64,000 nucleotides of DNA from an uncultured Alphaproteobacteria bacterium (GCA_963739385.1 CAVUAI010000013.1:30512-94511), one strand, 5' to 3'. Shown: positions 44,366-53,611, counted from the first letter of the stretch. Translations and numbers: made by a program. The notes: a model not told the origin generated them from the letters alone.

Positions 44366-47277
44366 ACGCGACCAGGATTGTTGCCCTGCTAATCGGGCTG
44401 CTTTTGCCCGCAGAAGTCCTCCGCGCGCAGGAAGTCGACAAGGACGGCCTCTACAGCCAGCCGTTTTTGGTCCTTGACCCTGAGATGCACGCCGACGCTA
44501 TCACGGCCACGGCTGTGGACGCAGGAGGCCGCTATATCGTAACCGGCTCATACGATAAGACGGTGCGCGTCTGGTCGGGCAACGATGGACGTCTCTTGCG
44601 CACCATCCGGATGCCGAGCGGTCCGGAGTACGCAGGCCAAGTTAATACGGTCGCGTTATCGCCTGATGGCAATACGATTGCAGCTGCCGGCGGGAGCCCG
44701 CACATCTTTCTATTTGACCGCGCCACGGGACGTCAAGTCTTGCGCATGGGACTCCCAACAAACGACTCCATCATTAATAAGCTGGCATTATCGCACGATG
44801 GCCGCAGGATTGCCGCGGGTATCCAAAATCCATTTAGCCTCCGTCTGTTTGACCTGGATGGCCCGAATGAAATTGCCTTCGATGACGAATATAAGGAGTC
44901 AATATACGGGATCTCCTTCGACGCCGCCGGGCGCATTGCGACCGCATCTGAAGACCACAAACTTCGGCTTTATGACCGTCATCTTAAGCTAATACGCAGC
45001 GCCCGTGCGCCGGGTCGCCCTCCGCTGCAGCCGTTCCAAATTGCCTTCTCGCCCGACGGCAAACGCCTCGCTGTTGGATATGGTCCCGAAACGTCCACAC
45101 CGCGTGTGGATGTTGTGGACGGCCGTACCCTAGCCGCGATTTTTGTGCCGCCCATGAAAGGTTACAGCAGCGGGCGGTTAACTCGCATTGCGTGGTCCAA
45201 GGATGGCAGCATCCTCTATGCCGGCGGAACTACTACGTCGCGGGACGGTGTCAGCAAGCTAGTTTTCGCGTGGAAAAACGGTGGTCGCGGTCCCGCTCAG
45301 GTTTTTCCAGCGGGATCAGAAACCATTTCAGAGATTCGGGAACTCTCCGGAGGCCGCATCGTCGTTGCGTCTATGCGTCCTAGCCTGTCCATTTTTGATC
45401 GGGGAGGCACGGTCCTACGGCAAATCGACCCGACGACTGGGGACTTCCGACAACAAGCAAAGGCCTTGAAAGTCAGTCCAGACGGAAACACAGTCCTGTT
45501 TAATTTCGCGGGTGCAGACGACAAGTCAATAGCTGCTTTCGACATAAGCAGGCGAGCACTTGACATCGCTCCAAACCCGCGTTCGGGGCTCGTGGCTCCC
45601 CGCATTGAGGGACTTCCAATCACTGACTGGGAGAATAAAACAAACCCAAAACTTGGAGGGCGCCCTCTCACAGATGATAATTTTACCTCCCGCAGCTTGG
45701 CCATTGCGCGTGACGCTAGCAGTTTCTGGCTCGCGAGGGATTGGGATCTTCGCCACCTCGACGCCGACGGCAATTTGATCCGGCAAATCAATGCCGTAAC
45801 CATTCCGTGGGCCGTGAACCTCGCGGCCGACGATCGGTTGGTGATCGCAGCGCATGGTGACGGCACGATCCGCTGGTATCGGAGCGCAGATGGCGTGGAA
45901 ATCCTGACGTTTTATCCTCACGCAGACCGCAAGCGATGGGTTGCGTGGACACCCCTCGGCCATTACGCGGCCTCGCCAGGAGCCGAGGATTTTATCCAAT
46001 GGCAGGTTAACCGCGGCCTCGATCAGGAACCTATTACATATTCTGCGTCGCGATTTCGCGATCAGTTCTACCGGCCGGACGTGATCGAGCGCGTGCTCGA
46101 AACGCTCGATCCTAAGGCGGCGCTCGAGGCGGCTGACGCCGCCGCGGGTCGCACACGCAGTATTGTCAAGTCAATCACCGAATACACCCCACCTCGTGTC
46201 GCCATTGTCGATCCAGCGGACGCAACATTCGTCCAACGGCCGGAACTCGTTGTGGCATATACGATTGAGGACCGTCCAGGCACTGCGATTAGACGGATCA
46301 GATTAATGCTCGATGGAAGCGTAGTCGCGGAAGAAAAAAATCGGACGGTTGCCCAAGATGGCCGGATGGCGGGTGAGTTCAAGGTTTCGCTTCAAAGCGA
46401 TCAATCTTTAGTAACATTGATATTGCTCGCCGAGAATGAACATGGCACCAGCGATCCGTCCAGTGTACGCCTCCGCCGCAATGTTACCACTGATGACCAC
46501 AAACCGACGCTCTATGTACTTGCGGTTGGCGTCGGGGAGTTCAAAAACCATCCACACCTCAAGCTCAATTTTGCCCACGCTGACGCGAACGCCTTTGTGG
46601 AGCGCGTTGTGAGACAGGAACATGGGCTTTACAGTCGGGTTTTGGCACAAACCCTAGTGAACGAGCAGGCGACGGCAGAGGCAATTCTGAAGGGCCTCGA
46701 ATGGTTGGAGCGAAGTATGAGCTCCCGTGACGTGGCGGCTGTGTTCTTCTCTAGTCATGGGGCGAATGACACAAACCGACAGTTCTACCTGCTGCCACAT
46801 GACGTGAACGTTCTAGACGAGATTACCCTCCGCCGCAGCGCCCTCAAATATGTAGACCTACGTGACACTCTGGTACGCCTCGCAGAACGAGGCAAAACTT
46901 TGCTCTTCCTCGATGCGTGCTATTCCGGCAACGTTCTCCCCGGTGCAAAACAAGTAGCGCCACCGGACATAGATATGGTGGCGGCTGATCTGGCGAGCAC
47001 CGAGGGCGGCGTGGTCGTCTTCAGCTCTTCTACAGGTAAACAGTTTTCAATGGAGTATCCGGAACTTGGCCACGGGGCATTCACGGCGGCACTCCTGGAG
47101 GCTTTCGACGGCAAGTCCGACCGGCCCCCACCCTGGCTCCGTGTCAGTGACCTTGAAATCTGGCTCACAACGCGTGTCAAGGAATTGACGAAGGGCGCGC
47201 AGACACCGCGGACAACAGTCCCCGGCGAGCGCTTCATTAACCCGCGCGTTTTCATGATGCAGCACCAGACACGCTGA
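44329..47277 (+). CDS. Exported WD40/beta-propeller array, Ig-like module and C-terminal caspase-like (peptidase C14) protease, 982 aa
   Basis: ATG 44329 lies 8 nt after TGAGG. The leader is TRIVALLIGLLLPAEVLRA|QE. WD40-type blades include GGRYIVTGSYDKTVRVWS, ALSPDGNTIAAAG, SHDGRRIAAG, GRIATASEDHKLRLYD, FSPDGKRLAVG, VSPDGNTVLF and AAHGDGTIRWYR. The caspase p20-like core is TLYVLAVGVGEF...DVAAVFFSSHG (His810, 46756-58) ...TLLFLDACYSG (Cys864, 46918-20). Confidence 0.85.
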   Translation: METFCRDPSRALNATRIVALLIGLLLPAEVLRAQEVDKDGLYSQPFLVLDPEMHADAITATAVDAGGRYIVTGSYDKTVRVWSGNDGRLLRTIRMPSGPEYAGQVNTVALSPDGNTIAAAGGSPHIFLFDRATGRQVLRMGLPTNDSIINKLALSHDGRRIAAGIQNPFSLRLFDLDGPNEIAFDDEYKESIYGISFDAAGRIATASEDHKLRLYDRHLKLIRSARAPGRPPLQPFQIAFSPDGKRLAVGYGPETSTPRVDVVDGRTLAAIFVPPMKGYSSGRLTRIAWSKDGSILYAGGTTTSRDGVSKLVFAWKNGGRGPAQVFPAGSETISEIRELSGGRIVVASMRPSLSIFDRGGTVLRQIDPTTGDFRQQAKALKVSPDGNTVLFNFAGADDKSIAAFDISRRALDIAPNPRSGLVAPRIEGLPITDWENKTNPKLGGRPLTDDNFTSRSLAIARDASSFWLARDWDLRHLDADGNLIRQINAVTIPWAVNLAADDRLVIAAHGDGTIRWYRSADGVEILTFYPHADRKRWVAWTPLGHYAASPGAEDFIQWQVNRGLDQEPITYSASRFRDQFYRPDVIERVLETLDPKAALEAADAAAGRTRSIVKSITEYTPPRVAIVDPADATFVQRPELVVAYTIEDRPGTAIRRIRLMLDGSVVAEEKNRTVAQDGRMAGEFKVSLQSDQSLVTLILLAENEHGTSDPSSVRLRRNVTTDDHKPTLYVLAVGVGEFKNHPHLKLNFAHADANAFVERVVRQEHGLYSRVLAQTLVNEQATAEAILKGLEWLERSMSSRDVAAVFFSSHGANDTNRQFYLLPHDVNVLDEITLRRSALKYVDLRDTLVRLAERGKTLLFLDACYSGNVLPGAKQVAPPDIDMVAADLASTEGGVVVFSSSTGKQFSMEYPELGHGAFTAALLEAFDGKSDRPPPWLRVSDLEIWLTTRVKELTKGAQTPRTTVPGERFINPRVFMMQHQTR

Positions 47278-47409
47278 GGAGACCATGAAGCCAAAGTGCC
47301 TCGCACTGGGCCGCTTGCAAGCTGGCAGCGGGGTCGCCTGCCGCGCACCGATGTGCCGCCACCGATCCTGACTGTCTGGCAATAAAGCCGCGCTCGCTCT
47401 TGGACCGTA

Positions 47410-48768
47410 CTAGGTCGGCTTTGCGGGGATGCCGTCGTCGCTCATCCGTTGTTCCACTCTTTCTGTTAGATGTGCATGGGAGCGGGAGTTGAGGGGAGGA
47501 TAAGAATTTTCCGCCGCCGGCGATGGGACTTCGGTAATAAGCCGCGCGCCGCGATGGAACGTGATGTAGTCCCACAGCCAGGTGAACGCCACGATGAAGC
47601 GGTTCTTGAGCCCGATCAGGAAATAGATGTGGGCCACGCTCCAGAACAGCCATCCCACGAAACCCTTGAGCTGCAGGCGGCCGAACTTCACCACGGCGGC
47701 GCGCCGTCCGATGGTCGCGAGATCTCCGAGATGGCGATAGCGAAACGGCGGCAACGATCGCTTTGAGACGCGTGCGGCAATGAGCCGCCCGACATAGTGG
47801 CCCATCTGCTTGGCGGCCGGCGCGACCCCGGGAACCGGCTGCCCCTTCGGATCGCGGACGGCAGCAACGTCGCCGATCACGAACACGTCGGGATGGCCCG
47901 GAACCGACAGGTCCGGACCCACGATCACGCGCCCGGCGCGATCGGGCTCCACCCCGAGCCAGCGCGCGACCGGCGAGGCGACGACGCCCGCGGCCCAGAT
48001 GACGGTGCTGGCGTCGATGCGGCCGGGATCGAGATCGACGCCGCGCGCGTCCACGCTCGTGACACGGGTGGAGGTCCGCACGTCGACGCCCATGCGCGTG
48101 AGCGCGCGCCGGGCATAGTCGGACAGATCGTCAGGCAGCGTGGGCAATATGCGCGGACCTGCTTCGAGCAGGATGATGCGCGAACTGCGGGGGTCGATGC
48201 GCCGGAAGTCCTTGGCGAGCGTCTGGCGCGCGATCTCGGCGATGGCTCCGGCCATTTCCACGCCGGTGGCGCCGCCACCCACGATAACGAAGGTGAGCAG
48301 GCGCTCACGCTCGGCCTGGTCGCGGGCAAGCTCGGCATGCTCGAACGCCAGCAGGATGCTGCGGCGGATGCGGGTGCCGTCCTCGATGCGCTTAAGTCCG
48401 GGTGCGAACTCAGCCCAGGCGTCATGTCCGAAATAGGAGTGCGTCGCTCCGGTGGCGATCACGAGATAATCGTAGGAGATCGGACCGGCACCGGTCAGAA
48501 CGCGCCGGCCCTCGGCGTCGACGCCGACGACCTCCGCCATCAGGACCGTGGCGTTCGACTGCCCGCGCAGGATGTGCCGGATCGGCCAGGCGATCTCGGC
48601 CGGCGAGAGCGCGGCGGTCGCGACCTGGTAGAGCAGCGGCTGAAAGCAATGATGGTTCTGGCGATCGATCACGGTGACGTCGACGGCGGCGCGGGCCAGC
48701 GCCCTCGTGGCTTCAAGCCCGCCGAAGCCGGCACCGACGATCACGACGTTGGGACGCTTCTGTGACAT
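47410..48768 (-). CDS. ndh: Type II NADH dehydrogenase (NDH-2)
   Basis: Starts at [19 protein letters not shown] (ATG 48766-68). It has a second dinucleotide motif ([15 protein letters not shown]) and the motif GDVA. 452 aa. Confidence 0.9.
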   Translation of the reverse strand: MSQKRPNVVIVGAGFGGLEATRALARAAVDVTVIDRQNHHCFQPLLYQVATAALSPAEIAWPIRHILRGQSNATVLMAEVVGVDAEGRRVLTGAGPISYDYLVIATGATHSYFGHDAWAEFAPGLKRIEDGTRIRRSILLAFEHAELARDQAERERLLTFVIVGGGATGVEMAGAIAEIARQTLAKDFRRIDPRSSRIILLEAGPRILPTLPDDLSDYARRALTRMGVDVRTSTRVTSVDARGVDLDPGRIDASTVIWAAGVVASPVARWLGVEPDRAGRVIVGPDLSVPGHPDVFVIGDVAAVRDPKGQPVPGVAPAAKQMGHYVGRLIAARVSKRSLPPFRYRHLGDLATIGRRAAVVKFGRLQLKGFVGWLFWSVAHIYFLIGLKNRFIVAFTWLWDYITFHRGARLITEVPSPAAENSYPPLNSRSHAHLTERVEQRMSDDGIPAKPT

Positions 48769-48974
48769 GCGCGTTCCTTTCGGGCCGACTTTACCCCGCG
48801 ATGAGCGATGCGACACCTGCGCTTGTGCCAAATCCGAGCCTGCAAGTTCCGCCGCTCGCGCGTTGCGGTCCGGTGGCGACGGCGGCGGAGCACCCGATCC
48901 GGCGGTCTCCTTGCCAAGCCCGGCGCGGGCCTTTAGCAATCCGCACGGAAACGCATCGAGCGAGGCACCGTGCA

Positions 48975-50087
48975 ATGGCGACCCACAAGCTCCTCCTTCT
49001 CGCCGGCGACGGCATCGGTCCCGAGGTGATGGCCGAAGTCAAAAAGCTCATCGCCTGGATGAATGCGCATGGGCTCGGCACCTTCGAGACCGAAGACGCG
49101 CTGGTCGGCGGCTCCTGCTACGACGCCCACAAGGTCGCGATCACCGACGAGACCATGGCCAAGGCGCATGCGGCCGACGCCGTCATCTTCGGCGCGGTCG
49201 GCGGACCGAAGTGGGATGCCGTGCCCTATGACGTGCGGCCGGAGGCGGGGCTGCTGCGCCTGCGCAAGGATCTCGGCCTGTTCGCCAACATCCGCCCCGC
49301 CATCTGCTATCCCGCGCTGGCGGAATCCTCGAGCCTCAAGCGCGAGGTGGTGGACGGGCTCGACATCATCATCCTGCGGGAACTGACCGGCGGGGTCTAT
49401 TTCGGCGAGCCGAAAACCATCACCGATCTCGGCAACGGGCAGAAGCGGGCGGTCGATACCCAGGTCTACGACACCTACGAGATCGAGCGCATCGCCCGCG
49501 TCGGCTTCGAGCTCGCGCGCAAGCGCCGCAAGAAGGTCACCTCGATGGAGAAGCGCAACGTCATGAAAACCGGCGTGCTCTGGCACGAGGTGGTGAACCA
49601 GGTGCACGCCCGCGAGTTCAAGGACGTGACGCTCGAGCACCAGCTCGCCGACGCCGGCGGCATGCAGCTCGTGCGCTGGCCCAAGCAGTTCGACGTGATC
49701 GTTACCGACAACCTGTTCGGCGACATGCTGTCCGACATCGCGGCCATGCTCACGGGGTCCCTCGGCATGCTGCCCTCGGCGTCGCTCGGCGAGGTCGATC
49801 CCAAAACCAAGAAGCGCAAGGCCATGTACGAACCGGTGCATGGCTCCGCGCCCGACATCGCCGGCAAGGGGGTGGCCAATCCGATCGCGATGATCGCGTC
49901 GTTCGCCATGGCGCTGCGCTACTCGCTGAATATGAGCAAGGAGGCCGACCGGATCGAGCAGGCGATCGCCGCCACGCTCGCCAAGGGGCTGCGCACGGCC
50001 GACATCAAGTCCGACGGCGCCAAGATCGTGACGACGACCCAGATGGGCGACGCCATCATTGGCGAGATGGAGACGCTCGCGGCATGA
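48975..50087 (+). CDS. leuB: 3-isopropylmalate dehydrogenase
   Basis: [19 protein letters not shown] (ATG 48975), [19 protein letters not shown] and [15 protein letters not shown]. 370 aa. Confidence 0.95.
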   Translation: MATHKLLLLAGDGIGPEVMAEVKKLIAWMNAHGLGTFETEDALVGGSCYDAHKVAITDETMAKAHAADAVIFGAVGGPKWDAVPYDVRPEAGLLRLRKDLGLFANIRPAICYPALAESSSLKREVVDGLDIIILRELTGGVYFGEPKTITDLGNGQKRAVDTQVYDTYEIERIARVGFELARKRRKKVTSMEKRNVMKTGVLWHEVVNQVHAREFKDVTLEHQLADAGGMQLVRWPKQFDVIVTDNLFGDMLSDIAAMLTGSLGMLPSASLGEVDPKTKKRKAMYEPVHGSAPDIAGKGVANPIAMIASFAMALRYSLNMSKEADRIEQAIAATLAKGLRTADIKSDGAKIVTTTQMGDAIIGEMETLAA

Positions 50088-50164
50088 TGTGCATCTTGCC
50101 CAGCACCGCAGGCGGAGCGCAGCGTTGTCGGTTGCCACAACCGTCGCCGCGCACGCGGTGGACT

Positions 50165-50187
50165 CCCCTCCCCTTTGTGGGGAGGGG
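50165..50187. other. Perfect 9-bp GC stem-loop (CCCCTCCCC-tttgt-GGGGAGGGG) between leuB and the next gene
   Basis: Read directly from the sequence. There is no downstream T-run, so it is more likely a REP-type hairpin than a classical intrinsic terminator. Confidence 0.5.
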
Positions 50188-50209
50188 TCGGGTGCACCTC
50201 AGCCGCGCG

Positions 50210-51166
50210 ATGATCTTGCTATGCGCGCTCGTGCTGCTCTTCGCGGATGCCGCCGGCGCGCGCGCCGACACCTACCCCAGCCGGCCGGTTCGGCTGATCG
50301 TGCCGTTCGCAGCCGGCGGGCTGAACGACGTGGTGGCGCGGCTGGTGGCGCCCTATCTCGAAAAGGCGCTGGGGCAGCCCTTCATCGTCGACAACCGGCC
50401 GGCCGCGAGCGGGATCGTAGGCACCGACGCCACCGCCAAGGCAGCGCCCGACGGCTACACGCTGCTGATGGTGGCCTCGAGCTTCACGGTCATTCCGGCC
50501 ACCCGCCCCAGCGTGCCTTACGACAGCGAACGCGATCTCGCGCCCATCATCATGGTGGCGAAGAATTCGATGCTGTTCCTGGTCAATCCGAAGCTGCCGG
50601 CCAGGTCGCTCGCCGAGTTCGTGGCGCTCGCCAAGGCCGAGCCGGGCAAGCTCAACTACGCCTCGCCGGGCCCGGCCACGCAGACCCATCTCGTGGTCGA
50701 GCTGTTCAGCCAGAAGGCCGGCATCAAGCTGCAACACATTCCCTATCGGGGCGGCGCGCCGGCGATGACGGCGATGGTCGCAGGCGACACCCAGTTCACC
50801 GCAATCTCGACGCTGCTGTCGCTGCCGCAAATCCAGGCGGGCGCGCTACGCGCGATCGCCAACGGCAACGCGACGCGCGAGGCGCAGTTCCCCGAACTGC
50901 CGACGGTGGCGGAACAGGGCTATCCCGGCTTCGAAGCGATCCAGTGGATCGGGCTGCTGACCACGGCCGGCACGCCGAAAGACATCATCGAGCGCATCAA
51001 TGCCGAGCTCAACCGGGCACTGCGCGATCCCGATCTCATCGCCAAGTTCGCACAACAGGGAATCACGCCGGTGGGCGGCACGCCCGCGGACTTTCAGCGC
51101 GCCATCGCCGCCGATCTCAAGACCTGGACCGAGACGGCGCGCGCCGCCAACATCAAAGCGGAGTGA
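50210..51166 (+). CDS. Bug/TctC-family substrate-binding protein
   Basis: MILLCALVLLFADAAGARADTYPSRPVRLIVPFAAGGLNDVVAR (ATG 50210; an alternative GTG is at 50192). The upstream part of the track ORF runs through the hairpin and overlaps leuB. Confidence 0.85.
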   Translation: MILLCALVLLFADAAGARADTYPSRPVRLIVPFAAGGLNDVVARLVAPYLEKALGQPFIVDNRPAASGIVGTDATAKAAPDGYTLLMVASSFTVIPATRPSVPYDSERDLAPIIMVAKNSMLFLVNPKLPARSLAEFVALAKAEPGKLNYASPGPATQTHLVVELFSQKAGIKLQHIPYRGGAPAMTAMVAGDTQFTAISTLLSLPQIQAGALRAIANGNATREAQFPELPTVAEQGYPGFEAIQWIGLLTTAGTPKDIIERINAELNRALRDPDLIAKFAQQGITPVGGTPADFQRAIAADLKTWTETARAANIKAE

Positions 51167-51261
51167 GCCCGCCGTATCCGGGCTGCGAACCTAACGATCT
51201 CAAGCGCGCTCAGGGCCGCCAAATTCTTGTCCAAGCGCGCAAGCCGGTGGTGGCCGGGCAA

Positions 51262-51609
51262 CTACCAGGGGTTATAACCCGGCAGCTGGAACGGCTGCAT
51301 CATTGGCTCGCGATCCCAGCCGACCTTGCCGCCGGTATTGGTGACCGCATTGATCCCGATCCCGGCATTGCCGCTCGCCGGGAAGGCGTAGTCGGTGAAC
51401 TTGCGGTCGCCCGGGCGCACTTCGGTTCCGGCGTCGAGGAACGAGCGCGGCGCCACGGTGACGCGGGCGCGCGGCCGGTTCGCGGATGCGCTGCGCGCCT
51501 TGCTGGTGACGTACTGCCTCTGGGTCTGCGCCTCGACCGGGGCAACGGAAAGCGCCGTTGCCGCGATGACAGTAGCGCACAGCCCGGCCGCAAAAGCCTT
51601 CATACCCAT
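51262..51609 (-). CDS. Small exported protein of unknown function (115 aa)
   Basis: The signal peptide is MGMKAFAAGLCATVIAATALSVAPVEA|QT. The mature part is low in complexity (RPRARVTVAPRSFLDAGTEVRPG). I recognise no family. Confidence 0.55.
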   Translation of the reverse strand: MGMKAFAAGLCATVIAATALSVAPVEAQTQRQYVTSKARSASANRPRARVTVAPRSFLDAGTEVRPGDRKFTDYAFPASGNAGIGINAVTNTGGKVGWDREPMMQPFQLPGYNPW

Positions 51610-51833
51610 GGCGTCCTCATGCGATTCAGTTCAACCAACATCTTAGCTCGTTTTGCGCCGCAATGACAGCAGCGTGGCACGGCGGTCGTCGCTTCGTGAC
51701 CGGGTGTGGCAAAATTCCCTCTAACCGCGTGAAGGTAAATTCATTTAACAGCGTCCCGGATACCTGATGTAGACATTCCCCGGAAATCATCACCCAGAGA
51801 AAAATCCCCCAGAATCCCAGGAGAGAGGACGCC

Positions 51834-53192
51834 ATGCCGGGCAAAATCGAGCGCTCGATCGAAGAGCTTTACCGCGATGATCCCGAACGTGCCGACGCCG
51901 TCGCCTTCGGCCGCCGAGCGGGCGTCGACCGCCGCGGATTCCTGGGCGGCGCCGGACTGGCAGCCATGGGGGCCGCGGTCGGCGGCAGCATCCCGCTGGG
52001 CGAGACGATGCCGGGCGGCCTCATCCCGGCCGCGCTCTTTCCCCCCGCCAATGCGCAGGCCCAGACGCCGCCGGCCGGTGCGCCCAAAGGGCCGCAATAC
52101 CTCAATTTTCCCGGCAAGAACGACAAGCTCGTCGTGCTCGGGGAGCGCCCGCTGGTGGCGGAGACGCCGGAGAGCCTGCTCGATGACGACACCACCCCGA
52201 TCGACAAGTTCTTCATCCGCAACAATGGGCTCGTGCCGGACGCGCCCAAGGACCCCGACGCCTGGAAGATCGTGGTCGACGGCGAGGTTAACCAGAAGCT
52301 CGAGCTCACGCTCGGCGAGCTGAAGGCGAAGTTCAAGCCGGTGACCCGGCGCCTGGTGCTGGAATGCGGCGGCAACGGCCGCTCGTTCTTTTCGCCCCAG
52401 GCGCGCGGCAACCAGTGGACCAACGGCGGCATCGGCTGCGCCGAATGGACCGGGGTGCGGCTGATCGACGTGCTCAAGATGGCGGGCGTGAAGCCGTCCG
52501 CCGTCTTCACCGGCAATTACGGCGCCGACCGCAACCTCGCCGACGCCAGCAAGGACGCGCTTTCGCGCGGCGTCCCGATCAAGAAGGCGCTCGACGTGAA
52601 CAACCTCATCGTGTTCGGCATGGACGGGCAGCCGCTGCCGCACATCCACGGGGGACCGGTGCGGCTGATGATTCCGGGATGGCCCGGCTCGGTGTCGTCG
52701 AAATGGTTCACGCGCATCTGGCTGCGCGACAAGGTGCACGACGGCCAGGGCATGGGCGGCACCTCCTATCGGGTCGCGATCAATCCGATGATCCCCGGTG
52801 ACCGGCCGGACGAGAAGAATTTCAAGGACCTCGAATCGATGCCGGTGCGGTCGATCATCACCAATCCGGCGAACGGCACGACCTTCGGCAAGGACGTGCG
52901 CCAGGTGAACCTGCGCGGCGCGGCCTGGGCGGGCGACCTAACGGTGCGGCGCGTCGACGTCTCGATCGACTTCGGCGCCACCTGGCAGCAAGCCAAGCTC
53001 TCGGCACCGAAGAACCCGTATGACTGGCAGCGCTGGACCGCGACCTTGAAGCTGCCGAGCGAGGGTTATTACGAGATCTGGGCGCGCGCGACCGACTCGC
53101 GCGGCATGATGCAGCCGCACATCGCCGGCAACTGGAACCCGCAGGGATATGGCGCCAACCCGATCAACCGGATCGCCATCCGCGTCGCATGA
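51834..53192 (+). CDS. Sulfite-oxidase-family molybdoenzyme (SorA-like sulfite dehydrogenase) with Tat leader
   Basis: The Tat leader is VDRRGFLGGAGLAAMGA. FIRNNG, LECGGNGR (Mo-ligand Cys), GGPVRLMIPGW and a C-terminal dimerisation-domain pattern are present. 452 aa. Confidence 0.8.
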   Translation: MPGKIERSIEELYRDDPERADAVAFGRRAGVDRRGFLGGAGLAAMGAAVGGSIPLGETMPGGLIPAALFPPANAQAQTPPAGAPKGPQYLNFPGKNDKLVVLGERPLVAETPESLLDDDTTPIDKFFIRNNGLVPDAPKDPDAWKIVVDGEVNQKLELTLGELKAKFKPVTRRLVLECGGNGRSFFSPQARGNQWTNGGIGCAEWTGVRLIDVLKMAGVKPSAVFTGNYGADRNLADASKDALSRGVPIKKALDVNNLIVFGMDGQPLPHIHGGPVRLMIPGWPGSVSSKWFTRIWLRDKVHDGQGMGGTSYRVAINPMIPGDRPDEKNFKDLESMPVRSIITNPANGTTFGKDVRQVNLRGAAWAGDLTVRRVDVSIDFGATWQQAKLSAPKNPYDWQRWTATLKLPSEGYYEIWARATDSRGMMQPHIAGNWNPQGYGANPINRIAIRVA

Positions 53193-53611
53193 CGAGCAAA
53201 CCGGCATGCCCTGCCCGCGGTCGAAGGGACGGCGAATTCGAGATGACGCAAGGACTCACAATGGCAGCCGGCTTCTTCGGTCTATTGCTTCTGGCTCTCG
53301 TCGCGTCATCGCCGGCGGCGGCGCAGGCCCCGGCGCCGGACTACACCCCGCGCGACGAAAGCCCGGAGGAGTATCCGGCCGGCTCCGGACGCGACCAGAC
53401 CTTCTACGCCTGCACCCCCTGCCACGGCTTCAAGGTGATCGCGGCACAGGCGCAGACCCGCCAGCAGTGGGACGACACTCTCGACTGGATGACGCAGAAA
53501 CACAGCATGCCGAAGCCGAGCGACAACGACCGCAAGATCATGCTCGACTATCTCGCGCAGGCGTTTCCCGCCCGCGCGACGCGCGGATGGCAGAACCCAT
53601 TTCAGAAATGA
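53189..53611 (+). CDS. Monoheme c-type cytochrome (SorB-like electron acceptor)
   Basis: It has a single CxxCH site (YACTPCHG) and the hydrophobic leader MAAGFFGLLLLALVASSPAAAQA. ATG 53189 overlaps the sorA-like stop (ATGA). An alternative start is 53243. Confidence 0.7.
   Translation: MTSKPACPARGRRDGEFEMTQGLTMAAGFFGLLLLALVASSPAAAQAPAPDYTPRDESPEEYPAGSGRDQTFYACTPCHGFKVIAAQAQTRQQWDDTLDWMTQKHSMPKPSDNDRKIMLDYLAQAFPARATRGWQNPFQK

Larger units (their letters stand above)
43358..47409. other. Low-GC accessory islet (probable horizontally acquired insertion) carrying only the helical-protein/WD40-caspase operon
   Basis: Composition drops abruptly right after the TGA at 43355-57. My hand counts of single 60-nt lines give 23/60 G+C at 46381-46440 and 33/60 at 44701-44760, against 48/60 at 42661-42720 and 44/60 at 48001-48060. 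The GC3-rich codon usage of the neighbours is lost. No mobility gene or tRNA is present. Confidence 0.65.

Noticed and set aside
45297-45999. Minus-strand ORFs of 157-189 aa inside the WD40-caspase gene
   Set aside because: They are antisense to a long ORF with clear domain motifs. They have no RBS or recognisable features.
43358-47412. GTACTA hexamer at both islet borders as a target-site duplication
   Set aside because: I do not reject the islet itself, but a 6-bp match within roughly 100-bp search windows is expected by chance. I therefore do not count it as evidence without an empty-site comparison.
51675-51690. TGGCAC motif upstream of the SorA-like gene as a possible sigma54 promoter
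   Set aside because: The -12 element is missing. Ten nt downstream of GG there is no GC (the sequence reads TGGCACGGCGGTCGTC).
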